Shown here one piece after another: positions 27,853 through 28,542 of a stretch of 28,542 bases of DNA (positions are counted from its first letter, which is position 1; each line of letters begins with the position of its first letter). The notes beneath the pieces were generated by a model. It was not told where the DNA came from. It saw only the letters and a list, made by a program, of their open reading frames with translations, and ran no database searches. Origin of the DNA: Candidatus Bathyarchaeota archaeon (GTDB lineage: Archaea > Thermoproteota > Bathyarchaeia > Bathyarchaeales > Bathycorpusculaceae); assembly GCA_030628925.1 (NCBI GenBank), contig DAOVQA010000001.1:1-28542 (forward strand). The letters run 5' to 3'. The position numbers and the translations under genes were made by a program.

Positions 27853-28407
27853 TCAACAGCATTTTTCTATTTGCTCTTTGAAGATTTTTTGGGCAACCTG
27901 TTCAGGTGTGGATTTTGTTGTATCGATAGTTATTTCAGGATTCAGAGGAACCTGGTACGGTTGCCCAATGCCTGGCACAGTCAGAGCCTTGCCTTCTTGA
28001 GCCCGTCTATAGATTTGTTCAGGTGCTTTGTAGGTGTTTCTTCGTTTAGTTTCACGTTGGACACAGACGTTTAATGGGCAGTCTAAGTAGACTTCTATAT
28101 AGTTTGAGATTTGTTTTCTTGCGTTTTCTCTGTAACATCTTAGGTTGCCAGTGGCATCAATTATTACTTTTACATTATTTTGTGTTAGTAGCTTAGCTAT
28201 ATACACAAGAGTAGCGTAGACTATGTTACGCTCCTCAAGCGAGTAAGCAGGTTTAGGAGTTAAAATTTTGCGCAAAGCATCTGAAGATAATAGTTGGGCC
28301 TGAATGCCTTTCTGTCTAAGAAGATCAAGTAAAGCACGGGATATTACAGATTTTCCGCTTCCAGGTAAACCGGTAATCCAAACACACCAGCTGGTATGAC
28401 TATCCAT
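27853..28407 (-). CDS. cysC: Adenylylsulfate (APS) kinase family protein
   Basis: VWITGLPGSGKS P-loop, YS.EER, YIEVYLDCPL.VC.QR and VPGIGQPYQVP.NPEI.IDT. The GGTGA RBS favours ATG 28407. Confidence 0.85.
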   Translation of the reverse strand: MDSHTSWCVWITGLPGSGKSVISRALLDLLRQKGIQAQLLSSDALRKILTPKPAYSLEERNIVYATLVYIAKLLTQNNVKVIIDATGNLRCYRENARKQISNYIEVYLDCPLNVCVQRETKRRNTYKAPEQIYRRAQEGKALTVPGIGQPYQVPLNPEITIDTTKSTPEQVAQKIFKEQIEKCC

Positions 28408-28542
28408 AGGTATCACCATAGTATCGTTTCCAGTATGCTAAAGCTACTCTATTATTCGGCGAGAACTAATATTTTTTGATGCTCTATTGACAACAGAGCA
28501 TGATAGTAAATGGCGTATTGTAAAATTCGACAGGTACAAACC

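Noticed and set aside
751-28074. Remaining short ORFs in the six-frame track that overlap annotated genes
   Set aside because: Antisense or alternate-frame shadows of genes with strong family motifs.
1-28542. CRISPR array, rRNA, IS transposase or intein
   Set aside because: No regularly spaced repeats, rRNA-like sequence or transposase motifs seen; protein lengths leave no room for an intein.

Overview
Gene-dense archaeal chromosomal window, most likely TACK/Bathyarchaeia; this is inferred from gene content, the integrase type and the Fae-Hps fusion. Left to right: (1) a minus-strand oxidative-stress/iron cluster (peroxiredoxin, OsmC, rubredoxin, FprA, ferritin, flavodoxin and a truncated ferritin-like gene absent from the ORF track), divergent from a Ptr2-like Lrp/AsnC regulator; (2) a Cys-rich HTH regulator coupled to a CopA-type ATPase, divergent from a DUF438-hemerythrin-PAS gene across a perfect 16-bp palindrome; (3) a decayed tyrosine integrase next to a tRNA-Glu(UUC) with a 24-nt intron at the non-canonical position 10/11; (4) an M32 carboxypeptidase and a small membrane protein; (5) a Fae-Hps fusion with an extra N-terminal HTH domain and repeats in its own promoter; (6) the housekeeping run rps6e-aIF2gamma-PIN-rpoE1-spt4-DPCK-rps24e-rps27ae and a hypothetical gene; (7) a short rpl3-rpl4-rpl23-rpl2-rps19 operon with a structured leader; (8) rad50-nurA-herA-mre11 in a permuted order; (9) an adenylylsulfate kinase. 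The most notable candidates are the HTH-Fae-Hps enzyme-regulator with a possible operator, the tRNA intron with its leader duplicate and adjacent integrase, the Cys-rich regulator/copA/palindrome module, the Ptr2-like regulon and the rpl3 leader RNA. No database searches were run; family calls rest on motif recognition.
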